Source: an uncultured Candidatus Saccharibacteria bacterium (GTDB lineage: Bacteria; Patescibacteriota; Andersenbacteria; UBA10190). From it: a stretch of DNA of 64,000 nt. The notes under the pieces were generated by a model. It made no database searches. It had not been told where the DNA came from and saw only the letters and a program-made list of their open reading frames with translations. The position numbers were made by a program, and so were the translations under genes. Shown here piece by piece: positions 38,156-48,562 of this stretch (position 1 is the stretch's first letter; the number at the start of each line of letters is the position of its first letter). The stretch spans positions 5,379 to 69,378 of the forward strand of contig CAYVFG010000002.1 in assembly GCA_964450915.1 (NCBI GenBank), given 5' to 3'.

Positions 38156-40172
38156 AGACCATGTTTTTGCAATCCTATTATTTGGATTGCTTATTGTATG
38201 TATGACAATGCCGGTCGTACTTCATATGACCACCGCTGTGGCGGGAATTGGCGGAGATCCATGGCAGACCATGTGGCGTTTTACGGAAAAGGGGCAACAG
38301 GGGTTTGGTGGTTTTATGGGCGACGTATTAGGCAAGGGTGATCCGCAATTAGTTAATCTTTCCGTATGGCCGTGGATGCCAATTCATGCAGTGCTCGGAG
38401 AACCTACTGGATACAATACGATATTTCTTCTAAATTTCTTGCTTTCTGGATATGCAATGGCTTTGCTCGTTAGCATGCTTGTAAAAAAGCCTATTTTTTC
38501 TCCCGCACCCATTATGGCGGGGATTGCATACATGTTTGCGCCATATCATATTGCCCACAGTCTGGGGCATTTCGGGGCTATGCAATTGCAATGGGTTCCA
38601 TTTATTCTTGCCGCAACGCTTTCTTACATGAGAAATAAGAACATATGGAAAGTTGTATTAGTAAGTATGTTAGTAGTCCTTCAGGCGTGGGAAGAACACC
38701 ATTACGCCCTTTGGCTTGCGGTATTTGCGCTGATTGCGGCAGTGGTATATTGGCCAGCGCTCCGGGAAGCCTTCTCCGGCCAAGCACGGACGAAATCGCT
38801 AGTCAGCAGTATTGTTTTTATGGCGATCATACTCCTGGGAGTTGTTATTCCGAATATTCCCACGGTAAAGCTTGCAGACTCGGATTCTTCCGCGCTAGCA
38901 CTTGGCATCGATCAAACGACAAGATTTTCCGCAGACGTATTCGCCTTTATTACTCCGGCGCCGTTTCAGCCAATTTGGGGAGGCGTGTTTAATAATTTGT
39001 TTGGCCAATACTTTACAGGGAACACGGCAGAGTCCGTACAATATATTGGTATCGGCATATTAATTGCCGTTCTCTTTTTCAGGAAACATATTCCGCTATT
39101 GCAAAAACGGCTATGGTTTTGGACGCTTATTATGTTTGGAATCATTTCACTGGGGCCGGTACTTCACGTATTCGGACATGTAACTGCTATTTTGTTGCCA
39201 TATGCGCTCTTGGCAAAATTGCCCGTATTTTCTGCAATCCGAACAATTTCTCGTGCCGGGGCCTTCGTTACTATCGCCAGCTGCGTATTGTTCGGATGGG
39301 TAGTTGCCACGAACTACCATAGGCTGCGAACGTCATATATTATCAGCGGATTTTTGTTATTAGACTTTTTATTCATTCCGTTTCCGATGCAATCCGCTGT
39401 GTTGTCTCCGGCATATAGCATGCTTGCATCTGTTCCGGGCAGCAACATCGTTGAAATACCCGCGGCGACCAACTATGTAGCGGCATCGCGATCGCTGTAT
39501 GGCGAGACAATCGATCATAAGCAGGCAATCGGAAATATTGCCCTTGAACGCGGACAAAGTCAGGATGCATTTAATCTTGCAAAATCAGTGCCTGCTATTC
39601 GTCAACTACTATACCTGCGAACAACGGAGCTAGAACAAGACAGGCCCGAGTTCTTTACGCAAGACTTAAGAGAAACACTCCCGGATGCCATGACATGGCT
39701 TGATGCCTCTGCGATTTTGCTGCATACGGATTCCATTTCTCCCTCACAAAAAAATGCTGTGGAAAGATTTCTCGATGATCAAAATATATTTTCCAAAACA
39801 TCATTCGGAGATGCTGACGTATATATCCGCAATACACATACAAGCAGAAATACAGACGGCGTATTCTTGGTTCGCGGCGATGGGTTTGAAAATGTCGGCT
39901 ATGATCCTAAGCGCCTTGCTACATTTGCGGAAGTGCCTCGTGAGGCAACGGTTACTCTGGTGAACATAACAAACAAGCCCGTGCGAGTCGAGTTGTCATA
40001 CAGCACGCCGAGCGAATCGCAAGATTCTCTCATCCTTCGAGATAATCACGGGGACATTCTTGATAAAGCCAATATTACCGTTCAGCCCGGGCAAATGAAT
40101 GTAATATTTAAAAATACCGGGAACGCAAAGGCTATTATAGCGAACCCAGTGATGATCGTTACGGCTTTATGA
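38139..40172 (+). CDS. Large polytopic membrane protein (677 aa) with a C-terminal soluble domain of about 250 aa. Family unknown.
   Basis: About 13 TM helices and a GGDPWQTMWRF N-terminal loop. I cannot place the family. Confidence 0.45.
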   Translation: MKQAYRDHVFAILLFGLLIVCMTMPVVLHMTTAVAGIGGDPWQTMWRFTEKGQQGFGGFMGDVLGKGDPQLVNLSVWPWMPIHAVLGEPTGYNTIFLLNFLLSGYAMALLVSMLVKKPIFSPAPIMAGIAYMFAPYHIAHSLGHFGAMQLQWVPFILAATLSYMRNKNIWKVVLVSMLVVLQAWEEHHYALWLAVFALIAAVVYWPALREAFSGQARTKSLVSSIVFMAIILLGVVIPNIPTVKLADSDSSALALGIDQTTRFSADVFAFITPAPFQPIWGGVFNNLFGQYFTGNTAESVQYIGIGILIAVLFFRKHIPLLQKRLWFWTLIMFGIISLGPVLHVFGHVTAILLPYALLAKLPVFSAIRTISRAGAFVTIASCVLFGWVVATNYHRLRTSYIISGFLLLDFLFIPFPMQSAVLSPAYSMLASVPGSNIVEIPAATNYVAASRSLYGETIDHKQAIGNIALERGQSQDAFNLAKSVPAIRQLLYLRTTELEQDRPEFFTQDLRETLPDAMTWLDASAILLHTDSISPSQKNAVERFLDDQNIFSKTSFGDADVYIRNTHTSRNTDGVFLVRGDGFENVGYDPKRLATFAEVPREATVTLVNITNKPVRVELSYSTPSESQDSLILRDNHGDILDKANITVQPGQMNVIFKNTGNAKAIIANPVMIVTAL

Positions 40173-41326
40173 ATATTCTCTTTATAAATTTTGAGTATCC
40201 GCCCTTGGGCGGCGGAGGCGGAGTAATGACTGCGCAAATTGCTGAAGAACTTGCAAAGCACAATACAGTGCATGTCATTACGACAGCGTTTCGAGATACG
40301 AAAAAATATGAATTTGCAGATGGGGTGCACATACATCGCGTTGCCGTTATCGGCAGAACTGCAATGCCGACTGCTACGCTTATCTCCCTCCTTACTTTTG
40401 CACCATCCGCATTTTTCCGAGGACTGCAGCTTACAAAAAAGCATGCATTCGATGTTATAAATGCCCATTTTGTTATTCCTTCCGGTCTGCCTGCATTGTT
40501 GCTAGCAGGAATCCGCCATATTCCCCTTGTCGTAACTCTTGTCGGAGGAGATATCTACGATCCGTCGAAAGGAATTTCCCCGCATAAGCACGCTTTATTG
40601 CGGGCTGCAATCAGGTATATCGTCAGCCGAGCAGATGCGGTGACTGCAATTTCTCAGGATACGAAGCAGAGAGCGATCGAACTTCATGGAGTGAAAAAGC
40701 ATATCGATGTCATTCCGATCGGATTAGTACTTAATAAAACACCCGCCCTTCCTCGAGAATCTTTAGGATTTACTACGCAAGACTTTGTATGCGTTTCTAT
40801 AGGTCGGCTGGTACCAAGAAAGGGATACGAGACGCTTCTTGCTGCCTGGAAAGATATCAAAAATGCAAAATTGATTATTATCGGAGATGGGCCAATGAGG
40901 CGCGATTTGGAAGAACTTATCCGTCGGTACGAATTATCTGAACGGGTGCGGCTTGTCGGCTCTGTTTCAGAACAAGAAAAATACGGCATATTACGAGCAT
41001 CTGATTTGTATGTATCGACTGCCCAGCATGAAGGATTTGGCATTGTTTTTCTTGAAGCAATGTCTGCCGGGCTTCCTATTATTGCCGCAAACGATGGCGG
41101 CCAGAAAGATTTTCTCGAACATGGCAAACATGCCCTCTTGATTCCGCCCCATGATTCGCAGGCAGTAGTTCGCGCAATCGATGAATTGCATAAAGACGAG
41201 ACATTGCGAAACGAAATGTCTCGCCGAAATCTTGAAGATGTGCAGCATTACACCATTCACACGACCGCAGGAGCATTAGAAAAAAAATTACTTGAAACGA
41301 TTACCGCCTATGAACATCGCAATTGA
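40169..41326 (+). CDS. GT4-family glycosyltransferase.
   Basis: MNILFINFEYPPLGGGGGV N-terminus and EGFGIVFLEAMSAGLPIIA. Confidence 0.85.
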   Translation: MNILFINFEYPPLGGGGGVMTAQIAEELAKHNTVHVITTAFRDTKKYEFADGVHIHRVAVIGRTAMPTATLISLLTFAPSAFFRGLQLTKKHAFDVINAHFVIPSGLPALLLAGIRHIPLVVTLVGGDIYDPSKGISPHKHALLRAAIRYIVSRADAVTAISQDTKQRAIELHGVKKHIDVIPIGLVLNKTPALPRESLGFTTQDFVCVSIGRLVPRKGYETLLAAWKDIKNAKLIIIGDGPMRRDLEELIRRYELSERVRLVGSVSEQEKYGILRASDLYVSTAQHEGFGIVFLEAMSAGLPIIAANDGGQKDFLEHGKHALLIPPHDSQAVVRAIDELHKDETLRNEMSRRNLEDVQHYTIHTTAGALEKKLLETITAYEHRN

Positions 41327-42389
41327 AGCCCGAGCCATACATGCTGCCAGCGGCGGGATAAAATCATACGCTCAAAATATTATTGCCGAGCTGCAAAAAA
41401 ATCAGGAACTTACTTTAGATATTATAACCGGAGCAAAAGATTCTGCGACACCACTACGTTCGGAACTGCTTGTTCCATATTGGCTCAGCGGGCCAGTGGC
41501 AAAGCATGTTCGCGCAACAAATCCAGATATTGCGCACTTTACTAAAGCTGCAATTCCTCATAAAAAATATGTTCCTACGGTAGTCACTATATACGACGTT
41601 ATTCCTCTTCTCTTGCCTGAAACCCAGTCATTTTTGCGAAAAAAATATTGGCCAAAAACATTGCAATATGCTGCAACACATGCAGATAGCATTATTACAA
41701 TTTCCGATCAAAGCAAGCAGGATATCAGCAGGTTATTGCATGTTTCGGAATCTAAAATAACTGTTACGACATTGGCAGTTGATGCGACGCACTTTAAACC
41801 CTCCCCAATGACTGGCACTGATCCTTATATTCTATTCGTCGGGACGTGGGATGAGCGAAAGAATATAACAACACTCATACGGGCGTTTGAATTAATTGCG
41901 GACAAAATTCCGCACATGCTTATAATTGCGGGAAAGCCAGCGCATAAACAAGATGCATCTCAAGCATATGCACAGGCATCTGTATATGCAGATAGAATCA
42001 AGTTCCGTGAGAATGTTCCGTATGACGAATTGCCCACCTTATATAGCAATGCTGATATTTTCGTATGGCCTTCCATATACGAAGGATGGGGATTTCCTCC
42101 TCAGGAAGCGATGGCGTGCGGGACGCCGGTTATAGTGAGCAATGGGGGATCATTGCCGGAAGTAGTTGGCGATGCAGGGATGATCGTGCCATTTTCTACT
42201 GATACATTGCATGACAGGTTGCATGATCAGGATTTTACGAACAATCTTGCAAAACATATGGCTGAATTAATCGGCGATGAAGGTAAGAAAACAATGCTTG
42301 CCCAAAAAGGCCTCGCTCAAGCTATGAGGACAACATGGAAAGATGTTGCGGAAAAAACTACTGCACTATATACATCCCTTATAATATGA
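41310..42389 (+). CDS. GT4-family glycosyltransferase. Start at MNIAIEA.
   Basis: EGWGFPPQEAMACGTPVIVSN is a GT4 EX7E-type region. Overlaps the upstream gene by 17 nt. Confidence 0.85.
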   Translation: MNIAIEARAIHAASGGIKSYAQNIIAELQKNQELTLDIITGAKDSATPLRSELLVPYWLSGPVAKHVRATNPDIAHFTKAAIPHKKYVPTVVTIYDVIPLLLPETQSFLRKKYWPKTLQYAATHADSIITISDQSKQDISRLLHVSESKITVTTLAVDATHFKPSPMTGTDPYILFVGTWDERKNITTLIRAFELIADKIPHMLIIAGKPAHKQDASQAYAQASVYADRIKFRENVPYDELPTLYSNADIFVWPSIYEGWGFPPQEAMACGTPVIVSNGGSLPEVVGDAGMIVPFSTDTLHDRLHDQDFTNNLAKHMAELIGDEGKKTMLAQKGLAQAMRTTWKDVAEKTTALYTSLII

Positions 42390-43507
42390 AAAAAAACATT
42401 GCCATTATTACCAATGCAAAAGAAGATTCCGGGGTTGGCTCGCGCGCGCATCAGATTGCAGTACATATGCCCAAAAATGATGATTTCATATTTCATATGG
42501 TCATATTAGACGGCGGACGAAATGCGATATCCGTGGACGGGTCAATTACCGGTTCGATAGTAAAATGGCCGAGCATTCTTGGGACAAAAAGCATTTCCTG
42601 GATCCGTCTTGCAAAGAATATTCCTGCATTTGACGGATACGATTTATCCAATCAGACGCTCTCTTTTATAGCAAAAACGAAAACACCGTCCATCGTTACG
42701 GTTCATGACATTATAGAACTCACAAATCCACAGCATCCGCTTGCAAGACTTATAAACAAGCGCTTGCTTGATGGAGTCACGAAGGCAAGTCACATTATCG
42801 CTGTCTCTGAATACGTAAAAAGGGAAATAGTTCGCTATTTTGGAATTTCCGAGCAACAAATATCCGTTATATATAACGGGGTAAGTGAAGATTTTAAACC
42901 TATACAAGATTTCAAGAAGACAGTCGGATACCAAGAGGTTGCAAAAAAACTGCGATTGCCGATGGATAGCCCGATAATTCTTTCGGTAGGATCCGACCAT
43001 CCTCGAAAAAACCTTGCAGCAACTCTGCATGTTGTTGCAAAGCTTAAGGAACAATATCCGAACGTATTGCTTTTAAAAATTGGGGAACCAGGATTGCTCG
43101 ATGGGAGAAAAGAGTTTCTGCATATGGTTGATGAGTTGGAATTAAAAGACAATATTCGCATACTTGGAAAGGTTTCTCAGGAAATGCTACTAGACGCATA
43201 CCGCGTTGCCGATGCCTTACTCATGCCGTCGCATCAGGAAGGTTTTGGAATGCCTATACTCGAAGCAATGGCCTCTGGATGCCCTGTAGTATGCTCAAAC
43301 TCAAGCTCGTTGCCGGAAGTAGTCGGCAATGCAGGTATTATGCACGATCCAGACGATATTGAAGGGTATGCAAAAAGCATTTCGGAATTATTCGAAAGCG
43401 GGGGAATCAAAGAATCGTTTATAGCAAAAGGACTGCAGCGAAGCAAGCTGTTTTCCTGGAGTACTTCTGCGGAACAGACATTGGAGCTATATAAAAAATA
43501 TTTATGA
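42386..43507 (+). CDS. GT4-family glycosyltransferase. Start at MKKNIAII with an ATGA overlap.
   Basis: EGFGMPILEAMASGCPVVCSN. Confidence 0.8.
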   Translation: MKKNIAIITNAKEDSGVGSRAHQIAVHMPKNDDFIFHMVILDGGRNAISVDGSITGSIVKWPSILGTKSISWIRLAKNIPAFDGYDLSNQTLSFIAKTKTPSIVTVHDIIELTNPQHPLARLINKRLLDGVTKASHIIAVSEYVKREIVRYFGISEQQISVIYNGVSEDFKPIQDFKKTVGYQEVAKKLRLPMDSPIILSVGSDHPRKNLAATLHVVAKLKEQYPNVLLLKIGEPGLLDGRKEFLHMVDELELKDNIRILGKVSQEMLLDAYRVADALLMPSHQEGFGMPILEAMASGCPVVCSNSSSLPEVVGNAGIMHDPDDIEGYAKSISELFESGGIKESFIAKGLQRSKLFSWSTSAEQTLELYKKYL

Positions 43508-44733
43508 AAATTCTTTTTGTTTCAGCTCAATATCCTCCCGAATCAAAGGGTGGTGGAGAAATTTCAACACATATCATTGCACAAGGGTTAATTTCACTTG
43601 GGCATGAAGTACTTGTGGTTACAGACGGAGATCAAAAGGAGCGCAAAGTAGTCGACTCGGTTCCGGTGCAGATGATTCCTTTATTCTTGAGACAGAAACC
43701 CCTATTTGAACGCGCACAAAGCACAGCCTCGTACAGAATGTTTAAGCGGGCAATTAAAGACTGGCGCACATACGATATTATTCACGCGCACGACTTCAGA
43801 AGCGCACTGATGATATCACATTTAGAATCGCCAAAAGCAGTGGTTACGGCTCGCGACTATGCGCAAATATCCGGCTGCACGAATAATATTCAGTACAACG
43901 GAAATATCGAGCAAGGATGCCAAGGATTGCACGAGCTATGGCAATGCCATCGAGTGCATGAAGCATCGCTTGCCCGCAAACCTTTCAGAATTTGGCAATA
44001 TATGTATAATCGCGGATATCGAAAAAAAGCATTCGCCAGCTTTAGGCATCAGATTTTTATTTCGCACGCAGAAAAAAACGTTATTGCTCAGCATCAAGAT
44101 GTTGCAAAGCAGCATACGGGCGTTATCTACAACCCGATTGGAAAAGAATATCTTTCGAATCCTCTCGAGCAGGGCGTTTCCGGAAACATATTATATATGG
44201 GCCGAGTAGAGATGTATAAAGGCGTTCGATTGCTTTTGGAAGCGTGGAAGCGTGTTGCAAAAGAGTATCCGAAGGCTCACCTGACTATTGCAGGGAATGG
44301 AGCGCAACAAAAAGAATATGAACACCTGGCATCGCTATGGGGAATTGGATACAGGACGACATTCCTGCCGCATGTTCCGTATCATCGACTTCGATCGCTT
44401 ATAGATAAAGCGAGCATATTGATTGCCCCTCATTTGTGGGTGGAGCCTTTTGGCAGAACAATGCTAGAAGGTATGGCGCGTGGAAAAGTTGTTATAGCAA
44501 GCAATGTCGGAGGAGCAGTAGAGCTGATCGACAATCAAAAAACGGGAATATTATTTGAACGAGGCAACGTACCCGAACTAGAAGATGCGATTATTCAAGC
44601 ACTTACCATGGGCAAACTTGCGGTAACTCAAATGGGAAAAGATGCACGAAATGCCGCCGTAGAAAACTTTACACAAGAAAAAATTGCAAAGCAGCACGAG
44701 GAATTTTATAAAGAAATGTCTAGAAATAAATAA
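43504..44733 (+). CDS. GT4-family glycosyltransferase.
   Basis: MKILFVSAQYPPESKGGGE and EPFGRTMLEGMARGKVVIASN; ATGA overlap with the upstream stop. Confidence 0.85.
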   Translation: MKILFVSAQYPPESKGGGEISTHIIAQGLISLGHEVLVVTDGDQKERKVVDSVPVQMIPLFLRQKPLFERAQSTASYRMFKRAIKDWRTYDIIHAHDFRSALMISHLESPKAVVTARDYAQISGCTNNIQYNGNIEQGCQGLHELWQCHRVHEASLARKPFRIWQYMYNRGYRKKAFASFRHQIFISHAEKNVIAQHQDVAKQHTGVIYNPIGKEYLSNPLEQGVSGNILYMGRVEMYKGVRLLLEAWKRVAKEYPKAHLTIAGNGAQQKEYEHLASLWGIGYRTTFLPHVPYHRLRSLIDKASILIAPHLWVEPFGRTMLEGMARGKVVIASNVGGAVELIDNQKTGILFERGNVPELEDAIIQALTMGKLAVTQMGKDARNAAVENFTQEKIAKQHEEFYKEMSRNK

Positions 44734-44755
44734 CTGCGCCCCCGGAGGAACGCAG
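44721..44755 (-). terminator. Rho-independent terminator for the minus-strand operon: hairpin ctgcg...cgcag, then TTATTTATTTCT on the minus strand.
   Basis: Inverted repeat 44734-44738 / 44751-44755 with a GC-rich loop. The T-tract appears on the minus strand at 44721-44733, overlapping the stop of the plus-strand GT4. Confidence 0.4.
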
Positions 44756-44775
44756 AAGTTCAAAGCCCAATGCCA

Positions 44776-44895
44776 CTACTTGCCAGCCTGTTTTCTTTGC
44801 TTCATGCAAATAATGCACAGGCACACGAGAATCACGATCAGCGCCAACCAGTAACGTAGACTTGCAGTGCGGAAAGCATCGATCACGGTTTCCAT
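44776..44895 (-). CDS. Unannotated small single-TM protein of 39 aa (METVIDAFRTASLRYWLALIVILVCLCIICMKQRKQAGK).
   Basis: Translated by hand. AAAGGGG Shine-Dalgarno about 7 nt upstream of the ATG at 44895. It lies 39 nt downstream of the GT9 gene and is followed by the terminator above. Confidence 0.3.
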   Translation of the reverse strand: METVIDAFRTASLRYWLALIVILVCLCIICMKQRKQAGK

Positions 44896-44934
44896 GGCAG
44901 CCCCTTTGAGAAAAGACCAGAACACCCGGAACTA

Positions 44935-46005
44935 TTATAGGACGTATTGCGATGATTTGTCAAGCACTTGCTTTACTGAAATAGCTAGCATCGATGGGTG
45001 GGGAGTATTGCCAAAACTGGGCGCTGATTCAGTATTATATACTGGCACTGTTTCCGGAGCTCGCAGAACAACACTATGATGGCTTCTCGGGCCTGTCTGC
45101 CGTTCGTCTGTGGGGCCGAAGAGGCTAATTGTTGGGATATCCAGAGCTGACGCTATATGCATAAGTCCAGAGTCGTTTGAAATAAATAGTTTGCAATGCT
45201 TCATAATTCCAGCAGTTGTAAGGAGGGGGGCCGTGATATGAAATGCGATTGCCGGCGCCTGTTGGTTTATCATATCTGCAAGTTCTCTTTTTTGCTGCTC
45301 TTCATCGCTCCCTCCAAAAATGAGAAATACGCTATTTGGATTCCGTTCATATAAGGCACGCGCAACTTCTGCAAAGCGATCGATTGGCCAGCGTTTCCAG
45401 GCAAAACCTTGCGCCGATCCCGGATGAAACCCGATAAAAATAGGAGAGGGGCTGATATTGTAACCGAGTGACTTTAAAGCATGCTGCGCTTCTTGCATGT
45501 TGTTTTCTGGAATTTCAAAATCATACGTTTCAAACGTTATAGGTTGATGCAATATAGATCCTGCCAATTCGAGGTTTTGTTCAATATCATGCACGAGAGG
45601 TTTTTCAGTAATCGCTTGCGTAAGAAAATTTTTAGCATGCTGCCTGCCTCGAAGCGGGTATGCGTGGCCAATGCGAACTGGAATTCCTGATAAAAATAAG
45701 TACAACGCGCTTTTTAGCAATTGGCCTGGAGACAAAACAATGCCCATATCAAAATGATGCGCACGAAGCGTAAGGATATTCTTTATATGCTGCACAACAG
45801 TAGTCTTAATGGGCAATTCAATAACACAGTCAATATACGACTGCGCTTCCGCAATGCTCTTTGTACCTCGAGGAGCAACCCATACGGTAATATGCCAGGC
45901 AGGATGCGCATCTTTGACAGCTTTTATCGCGGGCAATTGCATGATCAAATTGCCGATTCCCGAAAGAGAAAGGTAGAGAACCGCTTTATGTTCTGAATTC
46001 TTCAT
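44935..46005 (-). CDS. GT9-family glycosyltransferase (ADP-heptose:LPS heptosyltransferase-like).
   Basis: LSGIGNLIM N-terminal motif and GSDEEQ...NDSGLMHIA C-terminal region, both typical of GT9. Confidence 0.8.
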   Translation of the reverse strand: MKNSEHKAVLYLSLSGIGNLIMQLPAIKAVKDAHPAWHITVWVAPRGTKSIAEAQSYIDCVIELPIKTTVVQHIKNILTLRAHHFDMGIVLSPGQLLKSALYLFLSGIPVRIGHAYPLRGRQHAKNFLTQAITEKPLVHDIEQNLELAGSILHQPITFETYDFEIPENNMQEAQHALKSLGYNISPSPIFIGFHPGSAQGFAWKRWPIDRFAEVARALYERNPNSVFLIFGGSDEEQQKRELADMINQQAPAIAFHITAPLLTTAGIMKHCKLFISNDSGLMHIASALDIPTISLFGPTDERQTGPRSHHSVVLRAPETVPVYNTESAPSFGNTPHPSMLAISVKQVLDKSSQYVL

Positions 46006-47131
46006 ACAGTGATTGCAGGGTTGCGATGGAATGATCCCATGAGTATGTAGTACGTACCAATTCCGCAGAAAAATCAGTAAGGTGCAAAGCTAGCTGCGGA
46101 ATTTTAATAATAGAAACAACGTTTTGCACAAGCTCTTTTTTATTGGAAAATAATAGCCCTGCCTTATTCTTAGGAACAACATACGGAATAGCCGTAGATT
46201 CTCGGGCTACAATCGGAAGGCCTGCAGCCATAGCTTCTGCGAGCACAATCCCGAATGCTTCGTAGTTTGATGCATGAATAAATACGTCCGCATGCTGAAG
46301 AGCTGCTATAACATCCTCGTCGGTGGCTTTTCCGAAATAGTGAACTGCGTCCGCTATCCCTAGCTTTTCAGCAATTATTTCCAATTCTTTTTTATACCCG
46401 AAATCTTCACCGATGATAACCAGGCAGGCGTTGGGAATTTGCTTTCGAATTTCGGGCAACGCCCTGACAGTATCTTGCAAGCCCTTAGATTTTGCTATGC
46501 GAGAAATTGAAAGAAGAATTGTTCCCGAGATATTTCGAGATAAAAACGGATTTTCTCGTTTTTCGGAAAATAATTTCATATCGACACCCGGCGGAATATG
46601 AACAAATCGTTTTACATTGTATCCGGCGCTTATAATCAGCTGTTTTTCATATTCAGATATAACAGCAACGGCATCTGCCTGTTCGAATGTTTTTCGACCG
46701 ATTAATGCATCATAAACTTTCCAGGCAGGTTTACGCCGAATGCTATTGGTGTAGTAAATGGGATGAAATATAAACGGTATTTTATGCTTATGCGCGTATC
46801 GAGCAGTTGCATCCGCTGGCTGATACCAGTATCCGTACGAATGCAAAATATCTGGCTTATGATGACCAATATAGTAATTCAAAGCTTGCAAACGAGGGTA
46901 TGAAACAAACGGGGTCTTAGAAACAAATAATCGCTGCACATACGCAGGGTCATCGAGCAATGCGTCGGGATTAAGATATGAAATAGGCCCATGTGTGCGC
47001 ATTGCGCTTGTAAGCACGCGAACATCCATATCCTTTTCAACATCCCGCGTTTTTTGCACGATGCTTTGAATATATTTTTCAGCGCCTCCCGATGCAGGGG
47101 GATACCGAAGTGCCGTGTGAAGAATTCTCAT
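45986..47131 (-). CDS. GT4-family glycosyltransferase.
   Basis: MRILHTALRYPPASGGAEK and EAFGIVLAEAMAAGLPIVA. Confidence 0.85.
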   Translation of the reverse strand: MRILHTALRYPPASGGAEKYIQSIVQKTRDVEKDMDVRVLTSAMRTHGPISYLNPDALLDDPAYVQRLFVSKTPFVSYPRLQALNYYIGHHKPDILHSYGYWYQPADATARYAHKHKIPFIFHPIYYTNSIRRKPAWKVYDALIGRKTFEQADAVAVISEYEKQLIISAGYNVKRFVHIPPGVDMKLFSEKRENPFLSRNISGTILLSISRIAKSKGLQDTVRALPEIRKQIPNACLVIIGEDFGYKKELEIIAEKLGIADAVHYFGKATDEDVIAALQHADVFIHASNYEAFGIVLAEAMAAGLPIVARESTAIPYVVPKNKAGLLFSNKKELVQNVVSIIKIPQLALHLTDFSAELVRTTYSWDHSIATLQSLYEEFRT

Positions 47132-47910
47132 AATGCGTTATATTTTTGCCCCATTTCAAACTCATAATATGCCGATAGAGCGCACCATACAATGCCTTGC
47201 CAGCCATCCAAGATACCCTTTCTATACAGAGACAATTTCATAAACTGCTTTAATGCGAGATAATAGGGGAGGATAAAACTTTTCGAGACAGCTTTACCAG
47301 AACGGTGAGTATTTGTTTTTTGCATTTCTTGCGCATCGAGCGTCGTATAGCGATGCATCTTATGTAAATATGCCCCTATGCTTGTATACGATTGGTGAAT
47401 AATAGGCGCTGATATTTCTCCAGATATTCCATCTTTATATTTCGCCTGAGAATTCGAACCGGAATACATCATCTTTTCATGAACATGAGCATCGTTCCAG
47501 TGCGCCAGTGTTTTCTGAATCAAGCGCGGATTATGCCCCACGAGATGCGTCATGCGTTTCCCGAGAAAAATATCTTGTATAGTGATCCAATATACGCTGC
47601 ATGTAGTCTCTAGAATATCGCCTAATACTTTTTGGAGTTCCGGCGACACCCGTTCGTCCGCATCAAGAAAGAGCACCCAGTTGCACGTAGTTTGCGCAGC
47701 CCCGAAGTTTTTCTGCGATCCGTATCCGTCCCAGTGCCGAGTGATTACATTTGCACCAAGCTTTTTTGCTATGCTTGTCGTTTCATCAGTACTATGCGCA
47801 TCAATAACGATAACTTCTTGTGCAAATTCCACAGACGCAATGCAGTCAGCAATGTTCTCTTGCTCATTTTTTGTAATAATCACAACGGAAATAGGAAGTT
47901 TATTTTGCAT
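47128..47910 (-). CDS. GT2-family glycosyltransferase (WaaE/KdtX-like core-type).
   Basis: ISVVIITKNEQENI, VIDAHSTDET and LFLDADE as DxD. Confidence 0.8.
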   Translation of the reverse strand: MQNKLPISVVIITKNEQENIADCIASVEFAQEVIVIDAHSTDETTSIAKKLGANVITRHWDGYGSQKNFGAAQTTCNWVLFLDADERVSPELQKVLGDILETTCSVYWITIQDIFLGKRMTHLVGHNPRLIQKTLAHWNDAHVHEKMMYSGSNSQAKYKDGISGEISAPIIHQSYTSIGAYLHKMHRYTTLDAQEMQKTNTHRSGKAVSKSFILPYYLALKQFMKLSLYRKGILDGWQGIVWCALSAYYEFEMGQKYNAL

Positions 47911-48562
47911 ATCGTTTCATAATATTTCTTATCGTATCAATTTCGATCGGAAGCGAAGTAATAAAATCCAAATGCGCTTCAAGATCGTCCAGGTATACGA
48001 AATGTTTCATATCGCTATGAGAGTTTCTAACCATATGGAATGTTTCTATGATCCATTTTCCGCGCAGATAGGCAAGAAGGGAGTATGCATTTGCCCGAGC
48101 AACGCTGAAATTGTTCTTTGTATAGTTTATCGTTTTTAATTCAAATGGTTTTTTAGGGGGGAGTGTTTCGAGTCCGAATTTTACTGTTCTGCCTGCAGTA
48201 AAATATGTTTGAGCCGCAGAAATTACGTCGTCGTTATATGCTCCGCCAGGATACACGATGCTGTTTGCACTAAGCGCTTCATGTGACATTTGCAATTCTT
48301 GCTGCATATCTTGAATAGGCATGGCTGCAAGATTGTTATGCGTAACGCCGTGTCCTGCAAGCTCGTGGCCGTATGCCTCTGCGCTTTTTTTCCAATCGGC
48401 AATGCTGGCTACCGGCTCATTGGCAATCGTTTTATGTTCCGGAGAGGTTGGCACGGCAAAGACTGCACGTACATTATATTGTTGCAACAATGGCAGCACT
48501 TGCTGGCGCACATCTTCGTACCCGTCATCAAAGACAAGCGTAATTGCTCCTCGATTCTTCAT
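47900..48562 (-). CDS. Polysaccharide deacetylase (CE4, NodB homology domain).
   Basis: ITLVFDDGY (TFDDG motif) and ELAGHGVTH. Confidence 0.8.
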   Translation of the reverse strand: MKNRGAITLVFDDGYEDVRQQVLPLLQQYNVRAVFAVPTSPEHKTIANEPVASIADWKKSAEAYGHELAGHGVTHNNLAAMPIQDMQQELQMSHEALSANSIVYPGGAYNDDVISAAQTYFTAGRTVKFGLETLPPKKPFELKTINYTKNNFSVARANAYSLLAYLRGKWIIETFHMVRNSHSDMKHFVYLDDLEAHLDFITSLPIEIDTIRNIMKRYAK

